Positions 36,377 to 45,435 are shown, numbered from the stretch's first letter. The stretch: 56,547 bases of DNA from a virus (IMGVR_UViG_3300033388_006544:1-56547); one strand, 5' to 3'. Program-made: numbers and translations. The notes: generated by a model from the sequence alone, not told the origin.

Positions 36377-37114
36377 ATGACATGTAAAATAGAAATAGTC
36401 TCCTCTCCTTACGCAGTAGATCTATTGAGGGCGAGATCTGACTATGCCAAAATATGTCAGCAAGAGTTGGTAGAACGATCTTATTGGTATAGGAACGTTG
36501 AGACTGGTCAGCTTTACTATGATATATATGCATGTCTAGGATGGCCCAGTGAAGTGACTGACAGTTCTGACGGTTTACCTGGTTACGCATCAGTAGTCGG
36601 TGTGGTTCGGCCTAAGAGTGAGTCCGACACTAACGATCCACGTGATGCCAAGTTTCAGCTTCTAGCAGAAACCGAATCCAAAGATGTACCTACCTTACTT
36701 CAAGGATGTCTCAAGCTTCGAGAGGAGTACGGGTTCGGTATTCATCCAGACCTACTTACTTTTTTCTTTGGAGACCCCGAAAGGTTCTGTATTCCTATGG
36801 CCCTGTTTAATGAAGACTTGATAGAGAAAGGTGGAGAGAACAACGCTTTACTTCTTACACCATACGACGAGATGTATACACGAAAGGTTTTTGACAGTTA
36901 TGTCAGGGCTTTGAGAAGTACCCTTGTCGATGGTAGCATAAGGTTTTTCTTTGGATATAATTCTATATTGAAAAACAAATTTAGGGAGTTCTTGCGAGAT
37001 GATCCGGCTGTCTTCGCCGCTGGCGGTTTGGTGTTTTCTCTTGTTAACCGTGTTCGGTGGATGGATGCGATTGGAGAGTCAGTCTTTACAGTGGAGGACG
37101 AAAATGAGCTTTAA
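36377..37114 (+). CDS. Hypothetical protein, possible RNase H-like (terminase nuclease-like) fold
   Basis: ACLGWP...GYASVVGV...FQLLAE...FFGDP pattern; start codon uncertain. Confidence 0.55.
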   Translation: MTCKIEIVSSPYAVDLLRARSDYAKICQQELVERSYWYRNVETGQLYYDIYACLGWPSEVTDSSDGLPGYASVVGVVRPKSESDTNDPRDAKFQLLAETESKDVPTLLQGCLKLREEYGFGIHPDLLTFFFGDPERFCIPMALFNEDLIEKGGENNALLLTPYDEMYTRKVFDSYVRALRSTLVDGSIRFFFGYNSILKNKFREFLRDDPAVFAAGGLVFSLVNRVRWMDAIGESVFTVEDENEL

Positions 37115-37301
37115 CAAATTCTATGAGAATTTAGAGGATAAGTCCGATTCCGAGTACGATATGCTCAAAGACGCATGGAAGTCTGGAGCAACTGCCATGA
37201 TGGATCGACTTTTCGATATATCAAAAATCGGAGATGCCTATAGAGAAAAAATTATCGACGAAGAAGTTGAATTACTTGTGGTGGGCGAAGATGGGTACTA
37301 A
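37104..37301 (+). CDS. Hypothetical protein, paralog 1
   Basis: GGAGG RBS; AWKSGATAMMDRL. Confidence 0.65.
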   Translation: MSFNKFYENLEDKSDSEYDMLKDAWKSGATAMMDRLFDISKIGDAYREKIIDEEVELLVVGEDGY

Positions 37302-37470
37302 AAAATATTGTGAAGAAATTGGTAGTTGTATGATCAAGTTTCCCGCACTCGTAGAAACTTGGAACAAGGGAGCGACTGCGATGCTCGAACGTCTCTTGGA
37401 GCTTGGTTATGTCGATCCTCTGTATGAAACGATTGTGCGGAAAGACGTTAAAGACATAATGGTGGATTGA
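37291..37470 (+). CDS. Hypothetical protein, paralog 2
   Basis: TWNKGATAMLERL. Confidence 0.65.
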   Translation: MGTKKYCEEIGSCMIKFPALVETWNKGATAMLERLLELGYVDPLYETIVRKDVKDIMVD

Positions 37471-37474
37471 AAAA

Positions 37475-37732
37475 ATGAATGAATACCTTATATTGTTTAT
37501 CTTCTTGGCAGCGGGTTACGCTATAGGCGTATCTTCTGTTATTTTGGGTTTTCGTATTTCTTCGAAGATTATTAAGGGATCTCCGCCTGAGGTATTGTTG
37601 CCTGAAGGCGATGCCTTTACCATAAGCACTAACGACGATCAAGCATTCCCAGATGAGGAATCCAATAAGGCCGAAGAACACATACAGAAGAAGACAGCTA
37701 AGTTCCTTGAAAGATTTGGAGGTGTCAAGTGA
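37475..37732 (+). CDS. Membrane-anchored hypothetical protein
   Basis: N-terminal TM helix. Confidence 0.65.
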   Translation: MNEYLILFIFLAAGYAIGVSSVILGFRISSKIIKGSPPEVLLPEGDAFTISTNDDQAFPDEESNKAEEHIQKKTAKFLERFGGVK

Positions 37733-38196
37733 TAGGTGGATTTAAAGTAAAATGCTGTACCTGTGGTACAGTGTTGTATGAGACAACCGGATCATACGAT
37801 CCAAAGAAACCGTTAACCGGAGATCAGCTCCGGCTATTACCACTCTATAAATATTGGCCCACATACGATGGGGCTCTGTCCGTTAAATCAACATCTCGTT
37901 TTATGATGTTTTGTTCTCAGTGCGGTGGGTACGTTTCTACTACTGGCAAATTATACTTTGCTGATTTTCCTGACGAGAAAGTACATGTTATATCCGAAGA
38001 AAGATCTTCGATGTCATGGACTGAGATCAATAAACAGGTTAAGGGTGGCGTGATCGCCAAGCCTGAAGCTGCTACCCAGCACCACCCGGCACAAAGAGTC
38101 AAAGTAAAGCCGGAAGCTGAAGCTGTATCTCCAAAAGATATGATGAAAGAAATCATGACGAAGAAAATTACCAGAAAAAAGAAAAGGAAGGTATAA
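37729..38196 (+). CDS. Zinc-binding hypothetical protein with basic tail
   Basis: CCTCG...CSQCG; GGAGG RBS. Confidence 0.7.
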   Translation: MIGGFKVKCCTCGTVLYETTGSYDPKKPLTGDQLRLLPLYKYWPTYDGALSVKSTSRFMMFCSQCGGYVSTTGKLYFADFPDEKVHVISEERSSMSWTEINKQVKGGVIAKPEAATQHHPAQRVKVKPEAEAVSPKDMMKEIMTKKITRKKKRKV

Positions 38197-38197
38197 C

Positions 38198-40126
38198 ATG
38201 CCAGCAATGAGCAAGGATTGGAGTTTATCAAACCTTCCACCTAAGGGACATAAAGATGTTGCGTCGTTTGCCAACAACCTTTTTGAAATTTCTCGACTGG
38301 AACTTGAAAGAATAGGAAAGCACGACGACTTACTTGCGAACTACAGTCTTTATCGCGGGAAGACGATGACCGGAGTCCATGGTGGGGCGTCCGGTTTAAC
38401 GCCAGTTAATCTCTATTTTTCTAATATTGAAAGGACTGTAGCGAACATCACGGCGAGGAGTCCATCCGGTGAAGTAGTTGATATGGACGGTTTTGACCAG
38501 GATGGCGCAGAAGATGTGCTCAATTCTAAATTGCAAAAGTGGTGGAAAGAGACAAACCAACAGACCAAAGTTAGGACGTCTGCCAGAACCATGGAGATTT
38601 ATGGTATAACGGTCGAAAAACCTGCATGGAACAAAGAGCAGGAGCAACCAGATATCGTGGTCACGGATCCTTATAGTTTTTATCCGGCTCCAGGATTTTA
38701 CGAAGAGATTGACATCGAAGCTCCTTTCCTCTCTTACGCATACCTAAAGTATATCGATAAGGTGGAAGCTGAATTCGGTGTCGAGAATCTAGTTCAAGAT
38801 GAGGCCTATGAATTACTTGGAACCGTGAGGGAGGAATACAAAGGAACATCTAGTCCTGCCGATATATCTCTTACTGGCAGATATAAAGACCCGATGATAA
38901 AAGCTGGAGTATCTGGCGGTCAGGGGAGTTCAGACAGAAAACTTGAGCGATGCCTTGTAAAAGAAGTGTGGGTAAGAGATGGAAGAACGGAAACCATAAC
39001 AGAAGAGCATCCGGTCATTGATCCTGAAACTGGTCTTCCTTCTATGAGCGAATCGGGAGAAATGCTCATCGAAAAGACAGAAAAGATAATACCTGTTTAT
39101 CCCGACGGAGTAAGAAAGATTACTATATCTGCCGTGAGCCAGGGAGAGACCGGAGGGTTTATAGTCTTAGATGACTGCGCAAATCCCAACATAAACCCAA
39201 ACCTTGACATCGAACTTGCGAAAACGACCTACCCTTGGGGCAGGCTCCCAGCTTATCACGCAAATAGCTATAAAGACCTTATTTCATTATGGGGCTTTGC
39301 GGCAGCAGAACAGGTTGGGGACCTGATCATAAAGATCAACAAGATCATCTCCAGACTTATCAATTACGTTATTAATGTAATGGTTCCTCCGCTTATCGTA
39401 CAAAAGAACTGTGGTATCACACGAGAGATGATAACGTCTGCACTAAAAAAAGGTGGCCGACTGATCCTTATGCCGACGACACCAAATGCAAGAATAGAGT
39501 TCATGCAGATACCTAACTTGCCGTCGACCTTCTTCCAGGTGCTTGAGGTAATTGTAGGCTTCTTTGACAGGGTATATGCTATCGAGAGCGCCGACAGGGG
39601 CCAGGCTCCGAGAGGGGTTATAGCGGCTGCCGCCATTGTTTCATTGCAAGAACGAAACCAGGAGTTGATGCAGTCTAAAACTGCGGCGGTTGAAGCTCTG
39701 GTCGAAAACCGGAGCAGGTGGTGTATAGGTCTGTACCAAAACTTTGGTACAAGGTCCGAGTATGTTGATGTGGACAGTAACCCCGTTGAGTTTGTAGGGA
39801 CCCAATTCGCTGGACGCAAGTTTAGCTATGTGGTTGAGGCCGGATCTACCACTCCACGGACAAGCTTGCAGATGCAAGAAATCGCAAAGTGGTTATGGCA
39901 AACAAAGGCCATTGACCAAAAGGCGGTGCTGGAAATCATGAATGTTCCTGACTGGAAAAGCATAGTAGAGAGGACAGGGGAGACACAGCTTGACCAGGCC
40001 CTTCAGATCCTTATTGATTCCGGTATGCCAGAGGAGGAGGCGTTCAACTTAAAGCAATACCTGCTACAACCTAATCAAGGGCCAGGCGGAGAGAACGAGA
40101 CAAAGGGAATAGCTAAGACCGAATAA
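38198..40126 (+). CDS. Portal protein
   Basis: 642 aa between TerL and scaffold; DPYSFYPAPG, ISLWG, DRG, VEAGST motifs of podoviral portals. Confidence 0.85.
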   Translation: MPAMSKDWSLSNLPPKGHKDVASFANNLFEISRLELERIGKHDDLLANYSLYRGKTMTGVHGGASGLTPVNLYFSNIERTVANITARSPSGEVVDMDGFDQDGAEDVLNSKLQKWWKETNQQTKVRTSARTMEIYGITVEKPAWNKEQEQPDIVVTDPYSFYPAPGFYEEIDIEAPFLSYAYLKYIDKVEAEFGVENLVQDEAYELLGTVREEYKGTSSPADISLTGRYKDPMIKAGVSGGQGSSDRKLERCLVKEVWVRDGRTETITEEHPVIDPETGLPSMSESGEMLIEKTEKIIPVYPDGVRKITISAVSQGETGGFIVLDDCANPNINPNLDIELAKTTYPWGRLPAYHANSYKDLISLWGFAAAEQVGDLIIKINKIISRLINYVINVMVPPLIVQKNCGITREMITSALKKGGRLILMPTTPNARIEFMQIPNLPSTFFQVLEVIVGFFDRVYAIESADRGQAPRGVIAAAAIVSLQERNQELMQSKTAAVEALVENRSRWCIGLYQNFGTRSEYVDVDSNPVEFVGTQFAGRKFSYVVEAGSTTPRTSLQMQEIAKWLWQTKAIDQKAVLEIMNVPDWKSIVERTGETQLDQALQILIDSGMPEEEAFNLKQYLLQPNQGPGGENETKGIAKTE

Positions 40127-40143
40127 TAAAGGGGAACGGTACT

Positions 40144-40479
40144 ATGAAAATTTTAAAAACTGAAGAGAATAAGATAACCGCAGTAGACGAGCTTGGGTCT
40201 GGAGGAGCTTATCACGAATATCACGTGACGAAAGGTCGTTCTTCTTTGTGCTACGTAAGGTTTCAGAAAGGTCCAGTTAAAGAATTTGGAGTCAATGGTT
40301 GTCAGAACGAAGACATTTTGGCTATCGTAATCGACAGGCTCGAATGTTTTCAGGCTGGTGATTATGCCTGCGAAGAAAATGCGAGAGCATTGCAAAAAAT
40401 AAGAGAGGGGCTCGATTGGTTACAATATCGTACCCGTGAACGTGCCAAGCGTGGAGTTGAAGGTAAATTAGAAAAATAA
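40144..40479 (+). CDS. tad1: Tad1-family anti-Thoeris/anti-CBASS nucleotide sponge
   Basis: GSGGAYHEY, FQKG, DILAIVIDRL..FQAG, ENARAL, W...R..R..RGVEG match the Tad1 signature as recalled. Confidence 0.85.
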   Translation: MKILKTEENKITAVDELGSGGAYHEYHVTKGRSSLCYVRFQKGPVKEFGVNGCQNEDILAIVIDRLECFQAGDYACEENARALQKIREGLDWLQYRTRERAKRGVEGKLEK

Positions 40480-40491
40480 AAGGATAAGAAC

Positions 40492-40719
40492 ATGAACGAT
40501 GTTTCGGGAAATGAAAAAGCTACTATCATTGGAAGGTTTCAGATTGAGATGCTTAGTGACGGGAGCGTTAACATTAACGGCCCCATAAAGAATCCGGTAA
40601 TTGTGCTGGATTGTTTCGGCAAAGCTTTGTCGGCCGTAGCTGACTATGTTATACGTCAGGCAGTAGAGGACAGGCAGTCTGCCGGTATAAGTAAACCATC
40701 AATAATTTTACCAAGTTAA
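40492..40719 (+). CDS. Hypothetical protein
   Basis: RBS present; ends SIILPS. Confidence 0.65.
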   Translation: MNDVSGNEKATIIGRFQIEMLSDGSVNINGPIKNPVIVLDCFGKALSAVADYVIRQAVEDRQSAGISKPSIILPS

Positions 40720-40732
40720 GGAGCACAAAAAA

Positions 40733-40882
40733 ATGAAAGATGTTATTATAGCAATGGGTGTTATAGCAGTAATCGGAGTGATCGCATTGATCAAAGTCGA
40801 TGCTTCCGAGACTGTCAGTGTCTTATCTTATGTTGTGACTGCCGTAGGTTCACTTGCCACTGGCGGTGCCTTAAAGAAATAA
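40733..40882 (+). CDS. 49-aa two-TM holin-like protein (not in ORF track)
   Basis: MKDVIIAMGVIAVIGVIALIKVDASETVSVLSYVVTAVGSLATGGALKK; AAGGAG RBS. Confidence 0.65.
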   Translation: MKDVIIAMGVIAVIGVIALIKVDASETVSVLSYVVTAVGSLATGGALKK

Positions 40883-40893
40883 GGAGGATCGTT

Positions 40894-41169
40894 GTGCCAC
40901 TTTATACATACAAATGTAAAGATTGCGGTCTTGAGATTGACAGGTCCTTTCCTGTCAACAATTTCCCTAGAGAGGTCGAGTGCATAGCTTGTGGAAGGAC
41001 AGCTAAGAAAATACTCTCTGTCGGTCACGGAGGTATTCAGACCGACGGTGATGTCAAGTGGCTTGCCTCTGCTTGCGATACTCTGTTGACTCCTGGCGAA
41101 CCCAGACTGACTACTCGCACGGAATGGCGGGCGTGTCTGAAAAAGAAAGGACTTATTCCTATCGGATGA
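40894..41169 (+). CDS. FmdB-family zinc-ribbon protein
   Basis: MPLYTYKCKDCG...CIACG. Confidence 0.85.
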   Translation: MPLYTYKCKDCGLEIDRSFPVNNFPREVECIACGRTAKKILSVGHGGIQTDGDVKWLASACDTLLTPGEPRLTTRTEWRACLKKKGLIPIG

Positions 41170-41238
41170 GAAGAGAGTTCGTTGAACACAGAAGCTCACA
41201 ATGCGTGGGCTTTTTAAATCTCAAGAGTAGTTGTCTGT

Positions 41239-41258
41239 AGTTTAACATGATATACTAT
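41239..41258 (+). promoter_or_regulatory. Putative late promoter, copy 1
   Basis: AGTTTAACATGATATACTAT (TGn-TATACT), identical at 44208; follows a terminator-like hairpin at 41192-41215. Confidence 0.65.
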
Positions 41259-41361
41259 CTATGTAAAGTTTTTTCTTATTAACCTTTAGCAACGGGAATA
41301 TCTCCCTGTGACGGCCCTCGGGAATAACGTCAATAGCAGGTGGCCCCTGGAGGAACAAGAC

Positions 41362-42150
41362 ATGCCAGAAGAACCAAAGACTACCGAAACTCCTGATAGT
41401 AAAGGCGAAGGCAATTACCTCGGCTCCTGGTCTACACGGGAAGACGCTGAGGCTGGTTTAAGCAATTTACAGACCAAGCTGTCTGAGCAAGGTGGAGAAG
41501 TTAGTACATTACGTGCCGAGAATGACGACTTTGCTGCACGCATGGACGAAATGCAGGCATCACTTGACGCCAGCAAGTCGGCGGGTGAGCAAGCAGCCCA
41601 AAATAAAGAGCTGGAAGGCATTCAGAGCGAGCAAGCAAATATCAACAAGCAGATTAAGGATCTCGATCCTGTTGAAGAGGGTTACACTCCTAAGCTTATG
41701 GCGTTGATAAGTAAGTCGAATTCCATAACAGCAAAGGAGCAGCAACAGAAAACTCTTGAGGCTGCGACAAATGCTTTCAGGAGTGAATTGGATCAGCGTG
41801 ATATAAGGTCCGCTCATAATGCTTTTGATAGTGCTAATCCAGACTTCAAAACTCCCGAAATGCAGCAGAGAATCAAACAGTATATAGCCAATGATAAAAC
41901 TGGCATGAGCGATGCTCTGGTAGCTTACCGAGAGATTCAGAGGGATGATGTATCAGCAAAGGCCAAAGAGTTATCGATACAGAACGAAGAATTAATGAAA
42001 CGATTAAATCTTAAAAAGGGCACGGACGAAACTGGCACTGTCATAATGAAGGACCAGGGCGGTCTTGAATCTAAACCTAAAACAAAAACTTTTGGAGCGG
42101 ATCGGGATGCTGGAATGCAGGCTGCTCTCGATAAATTGCGAGCACAGTAG
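41362..42150 (+). CDS. Capsid scaffolding protein
   Basis: Coiled-coil, acidic, directly before the capsid gene; GGAGG RBS before ATG 41362. Confidence 0.75.
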   Translation: MPEEPKTTETPDSKGEGNYLGSWSTREDAEAGLSNLQTKLSEQGGEVSTLRAENDDFAARMDEMQASLDASKSAGEQAAQNKELEGIQSEQANINKQIKDLDPVEEGYTPKLMALISKSNSITAKEQQQKTLEAATNAFRSELDQRDIRSAHNAFDSANPDFKTPEMQQRIKQYIANDKTGMSDALVAYREIQRDDVSAKAKELSIQNEELMKRLNLKKGTDETGTVIMKDQGGLESKPKTKTFGADRDAGMQAALDKLRAQ

Positions 42151-42182
42151 ATCCGGGTAGCTTCATACTGGAGTGAAAAACA

Positions 42183-43160
42183 ATGAGCTTAATTAATCAA
42201 CTAAATGCAACAACCGAATATTTTTGGATGCAGACCGAACCTGTCGACATCCTTAATAAGGCATCTGCCTTGGTGTGGCGTCTCATGGGTAATGCCATTA
42301 CTCAGAATAACTGGGAAGTACAGCCGTCCGAAACAGTGGATGGTGGAAAAATGGTCAAGGTGCCTCTTGAGTATGCCAACTCAAATCGTGGTGGGTATGG
42401 GGCAACGACCGTAATCGAACAGTCCAAAAAGGACATTCTCGATGCAGCTCGTTTTCGTTGGGCTGGTCTTTATGGGTCTAACTCCCTGAACCTCGATGAT
42501 CGAGTTCAGAATACTGGCGATGCCGCAGTGATCTCTCTCACCAAGCAGTATATGAATAGCATCAAGAAGGCTGCCAGGATACAGATGGCTGAAGATGTTA
42601 TTTCTGCTTCTGCTGATGGTACAAGGATAAATGGTCTCGGTGATCTTTTCAATACCAGCACATCATTTGAGTACGGTAGTATCAGTGAAGGTGAAATGTC
42701 TGATTGGAAGGCTAACGTCATTACCAAAGAGGAAGCCATCAGCTATCCGGTAATGCAGAAAATCTTCCGTGAGGTCGGCATGGGTGATCATATGTGGGCG
42801 CTACCCAACTTTATCGTAACCACTGCCATTGTGCGTGATGGGTACAAGCAAAGCTTGCATCCGCAGCAGAGGTATTCTGACAAGGATATGGTTAAGGCCG
42901 GGTGGCAGAACATTTGGCATGAGAGCGCTCCTATTGTCGCCGATCCATATGTGACTGCCGGTGAGCTTATGGCTTTGAACCTCAACTTCTTGTCCCTTCG
43001 TAGTCATAAAGACTTCAATTTCACTACGCCAGTTTGGGAAGCGAAGACAGTCCTGGGTAAGCCTGACGATCTTTCCGCTAACACCCGTTGGATGGGTAAC
43101 TTGTATTGTAGTAACCGTAAAATGCAGGTCCTACACACAAACCTGACTGCACCTGTATAG
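42183..43160 (+). CDS. Major capsid protein
   Basis: 325 aa; GGKMVKVPLEY, INGLGDL, PIVADP, GNLYCSNR motifs; position after scaffold. Confidence 0.88.
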   Translation: MSLINQLNATTEYFWMQTEPVDILNKASALVWRLMGNAITQNNWEVQPSETVDGGKMVKVPLEYANSNRGGYGATTVIEQSKKDILDAARFRWAGLYGSNSLNLDDRVQNTGDAAVISLTKQYMNSIKKAARIQMAEDVISASADGTRINGLGDLFNTSTSFEYGSISEGEMSDWKANVITKEEAISYPVMQKIFREVGMGDHMWALPNFIVTTAIVRDGYKQSLHPQQRYSDKDMVKAGWQNIWHESAPIVADPYVTAGELMALNLNFLSLRSHKDFNFTTPVWEAKTVLGKPDDLSANTRWMGNLYCSNRKMQVLHTNLTAPV

Positions 43161-43173
43161 ATAGCAAAATAAA

Positions 43174-43198
43174 AAAGTAGGGGCATGGCCCCTACTTT
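43174..43198 (+). terminator. Hairpin after the capsid gene
   Basis: AAAGTAGGGGC-ATG-GCCCCTACTTT. Confidence 0.6.
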
Positions 43199-43212
43199 AT
43201 GGAGACTTTATT

Positions 43213-43674
43213 ATGGGACGAATAGCATATAATGACCGGGTAGTTACCTCGTTTGCTAACCCGACACGTCTCTGTCGAGACGTATTTCTCAATAAACTTG
43301 ACAGTCAGCCCCTGGCTATCGCTGATTTTACCGATGGTGGTAGCACCTCTGGATACATTGACTTTGACACAAAACTGCCAGCTAACGCTATTGTTGTAGC
43401 TTGGAAGGCTGTTGTATCTGAGGGTTTCGCTGGAGACACTAGCGCTGTATGTCAGGTCGGTATATCTGGTGACGTAAATAAGTATTCTAGTGTTACCACA
43501 TCTTCGGTCCTTGCGGCTGCGACTGTTGGTGCCCTTGGAAACACTGACACTTTATTGGCTACCACAGAGCAGACCGTTAGGGTAACCGTGACAGGTGGTA
43601 GTGACTTTGGTAAAATCATTACAGCGGCCGGCGGAGCCATGGTCTGTTCACTGTATTACTTTTTGGCGAATTAG
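43213..43674 (+). CDS. Putative capsid decoration protein
   Basis: LPANAIVV..VSEGF..VG beta-sandwich pattern after the capsid gene. Confidence 0.65.
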   Translation: MGRIAYNDRVVTSFANPTRLCRDVFLNKLDSQPLAIADFTDGGSTSGYIDFDTKLPANAIVVAWKAVVSEGFAGDTSAVCQVGISGDVNKYSSVTTSSVLAAATVGALGNTDTLLATTEQTVRVTVTGGSDFGKIITAAGGAMVCSLYYFLAN

Positions 43675-43697
43675 AAGAGAAAAGGAGAAAAAATAAT

Positions 43698-44084
43698 ATG
43701 AAGAATATAATTACTAACTGTGTGGCACTAAATGCTGGGAATATTATATATATTCCTGTACCGTGTCGAGGAAATGTGGTTTCTGTAAAGGCTACTTCTG
43801 GTGCTGCCCTGGTTGCCACAAAAACTATTATTGTTGCTAGGGCTTCGACTGCTGTTAATACAGCAACTCCACCTACTGGAGATACTGCCGCTGGGACTAT
43901 CCTTGAAGGCACACCTGATGCTACTAATAAGGCTCTTATTTTTGATCCGGATTCGACTACCGCTACAGACAAAGTGCTCAAGGTTACTTTCCTGGCTACT
44001 CTGTTGGCAGCCGACGGGAATATCACCCTTACCATCGAATACGACGACAGCGCCTACGTGGAGCAAACCGCTTCTGAGGCGTAG
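43698..44084 (+). CDS. Putative capsid decoration / minor structural protein
   Basis: Ala/Thr-rich beta protein with AAGGAG RBS. Confidence 0.6.
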   Translation: MKNIITNCVALNAGNIIYIPVPCRGNVVSVKATSGAALVATKTIIVARASTAVNTATPPTGDTAAGTILEGTPDATNKALIFDPDSTTATDKVLKVTFLATLLAADGNITLTIEYDDSAYVEQTASEA

Positions 44085-44156
44085 AGTTTAGCGTCCGGTC
44101 GAACAAAGACCTGACGCTCTAAATTTCATGGCCACCTTGCCGTGAATCATAAAAAG

Positions 44157-44185
44157 AAAGGCCTGCATACAGCGGGCTTTTTTTT
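44157..44185 (+). terminator. Rho-independent terminator
   Basis: GGCCTGC-ATACA-GCGGGC followed by T8. Confidence 0.75.
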
Positions 44186-44207
44186 GTTCTCAAAAGTGGT
44201 GATACCC

Positions 44208-44227
44208 AGTTTAACATGATATACTAT
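44208..44227 (+). promoter_or_regulatory. Putative late promoter, copy 2
   Basis: Identical 20-mer to 41239-41258; lies upstream of the tRNA. Confidence 0.65.
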
Positions 44228-44280
44228 TCAATGTAAAGCTTTTCTTCGTTAGCGTTAACGTGGGAATATTTCACAACTTT

Positions 44281-44358
44281 CTGTGTGTAGCTCAGTCTGG
44301 ATAGAGTCCTTGGCCTGGAACCAAGATGTCGCAGGTTCGAATCCTGCCGCACAGACCA
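44281..44358 (+). tRNA. tRNA-Pro(TGG) with atypical anticodon loop
   Basis: Acceptor CTGTGTG/CGCACAG-A-CCA; D arm GCTC/GAGT; anticodon arm CTTGG-CCTGGAA-CCAAG; T arm GCAGG-TTCGAAT-CCTGC. Confidence 0.9.
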
Positions 44359-44378
44359 TATATTAAAAAAGAGGACAC

Positions 44379-44732
44379 ATGCTCAAATCAGAAGACTTAC
44401 AGGAATTTTTTGATAAGTCGTCCGGCCCTCATATCGGTTTTAAAGCGGCCTGCCATGACTGTGGCAAGCCTGTTTGTATTGAGATGGACATGGATAAAGA
44501 TGGTAAGGTAACTGTTCGTGGTGGGGCCATGTACTGTGCACAGACGGGAGCAACTAACGCAGATAAGTCTTTTTTCTTAAAGTGTGATAATTGTTTCAGT
44601 AAAGATTCGATATTAAAACGGTATATGCCTTGTGAGGTGTACACACGTTCTATTGGCTATTTAAGGCCTGTAAAACAAATGAACGAAGGCAAGCAGGCAG
44701 AGGTAGCCATGAGATTAAAATTTAAGGTATAA
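44379..44732 (+). CDS. Stand-alone NrdD-type Zn-ribbon + glycyl-radical domain
   Basis: CHDC...CDNC, then CEVYTRSIGYLRPVKQMNEGKQAE. Confidence 0.8.
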   Translation: MLKSEDLQEFFDKSSGPHIGFKAACHDCGKPVCIEMDMDKDGKVTVRGGAMYCAQTGATNADKSFFLKCDNCFSKDSILKRYMPCEVYTRSIGYLRPVKQMNEGKQAEVAMRLKFKV

Positions 44733-44733
44733 T

Positions 44734-45435
44734 ATGGCAACTTTGTTAAAATTAACATCGGCGATACAAAGTATCATACAGGATGATTCGTATACAGATA
44801 TGACAGATCGTATCAATGATGCCGTTAATAACATAGCCGGTGGTGTAAGGATGCCGAATGGTGGAATATCACCTCCTCTACCCGATCTATATTCAACCAC
44901 CACCATCCAAACAACCTCTGATGCTTATGCCGATCTTCCTGCTGACTATCAGCGCAATCTTTTTTATGTAGTGGATTCTCTCGGTAACAGAATATTGCCG
45001 CCGGACGGAGGCAACTATTACAGCTTCATGCTGTTTTTGAACCATTGCTACAAAAGGGACTTGACCGAAACAGGATGCGTGACGAGTGTTTGCATTAAAG
45101 GAAAAAAACTTTACTACCAGGGCATACCGAGTGCTGTTGAAAATCTTTTTGTGTCATATTACAGAAAGCCTGTCGAGGTGGTAAGCAATACTGACGAACC
45201 GGACTATATACCCGATCATCTTCAAGTACGTCTCATTAAGCATTATGTCTGTAAGGAAATATTTGGTGAGGGCCTCGAAGACGGAGCGGAGGCCCACGGT
45301 GTTGGTACAAGGTATCACACGGACAAGTTCTACGAAGCCATGATAGATCTTGTCGATTTCGTCGGTATAGATACAGAACCTGAGTTTTATGCCAGTGGAT
45401 CGGTTAACGATACCGATTGTGTAATGGGATATTAA
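44734..45435 (+). CDS. Head-tail adaptor protein
   Basis: INDAV...LPADY...YYRKP...EPDYIPDHLQ pattern of podoviral adaptors. Confidence 0.7.
   Translation: MATLLKLTSAIQSIIQDDSYTDMTDRINDAVNNIAGGVRMPNGGISPPLPDLYSTTTIQTTSDAYADLPADYQRNLFYVVDSLGNRILPPDGGNYYSFMLFLNHCYKRDLTETGCVTSVCIKGKKLYYQGIPSAVENLFVSYYRKPVEVVSNTDEPDYIPDHLQVRLIKHYVCKEIFGEGLEDGAEAHGVGTRYHTDKFYEAMIDLVDFVGIDTEPEFYASGSVNDTDCVMGY

Noticed and set aside
44310-44326. tRNA-Ser(GGA) reading, using the U as U33
   Set aside because: It breaks the perfect 5-bp anticodon stem; there is no long variable arm, and the acceptor identity is Pro.
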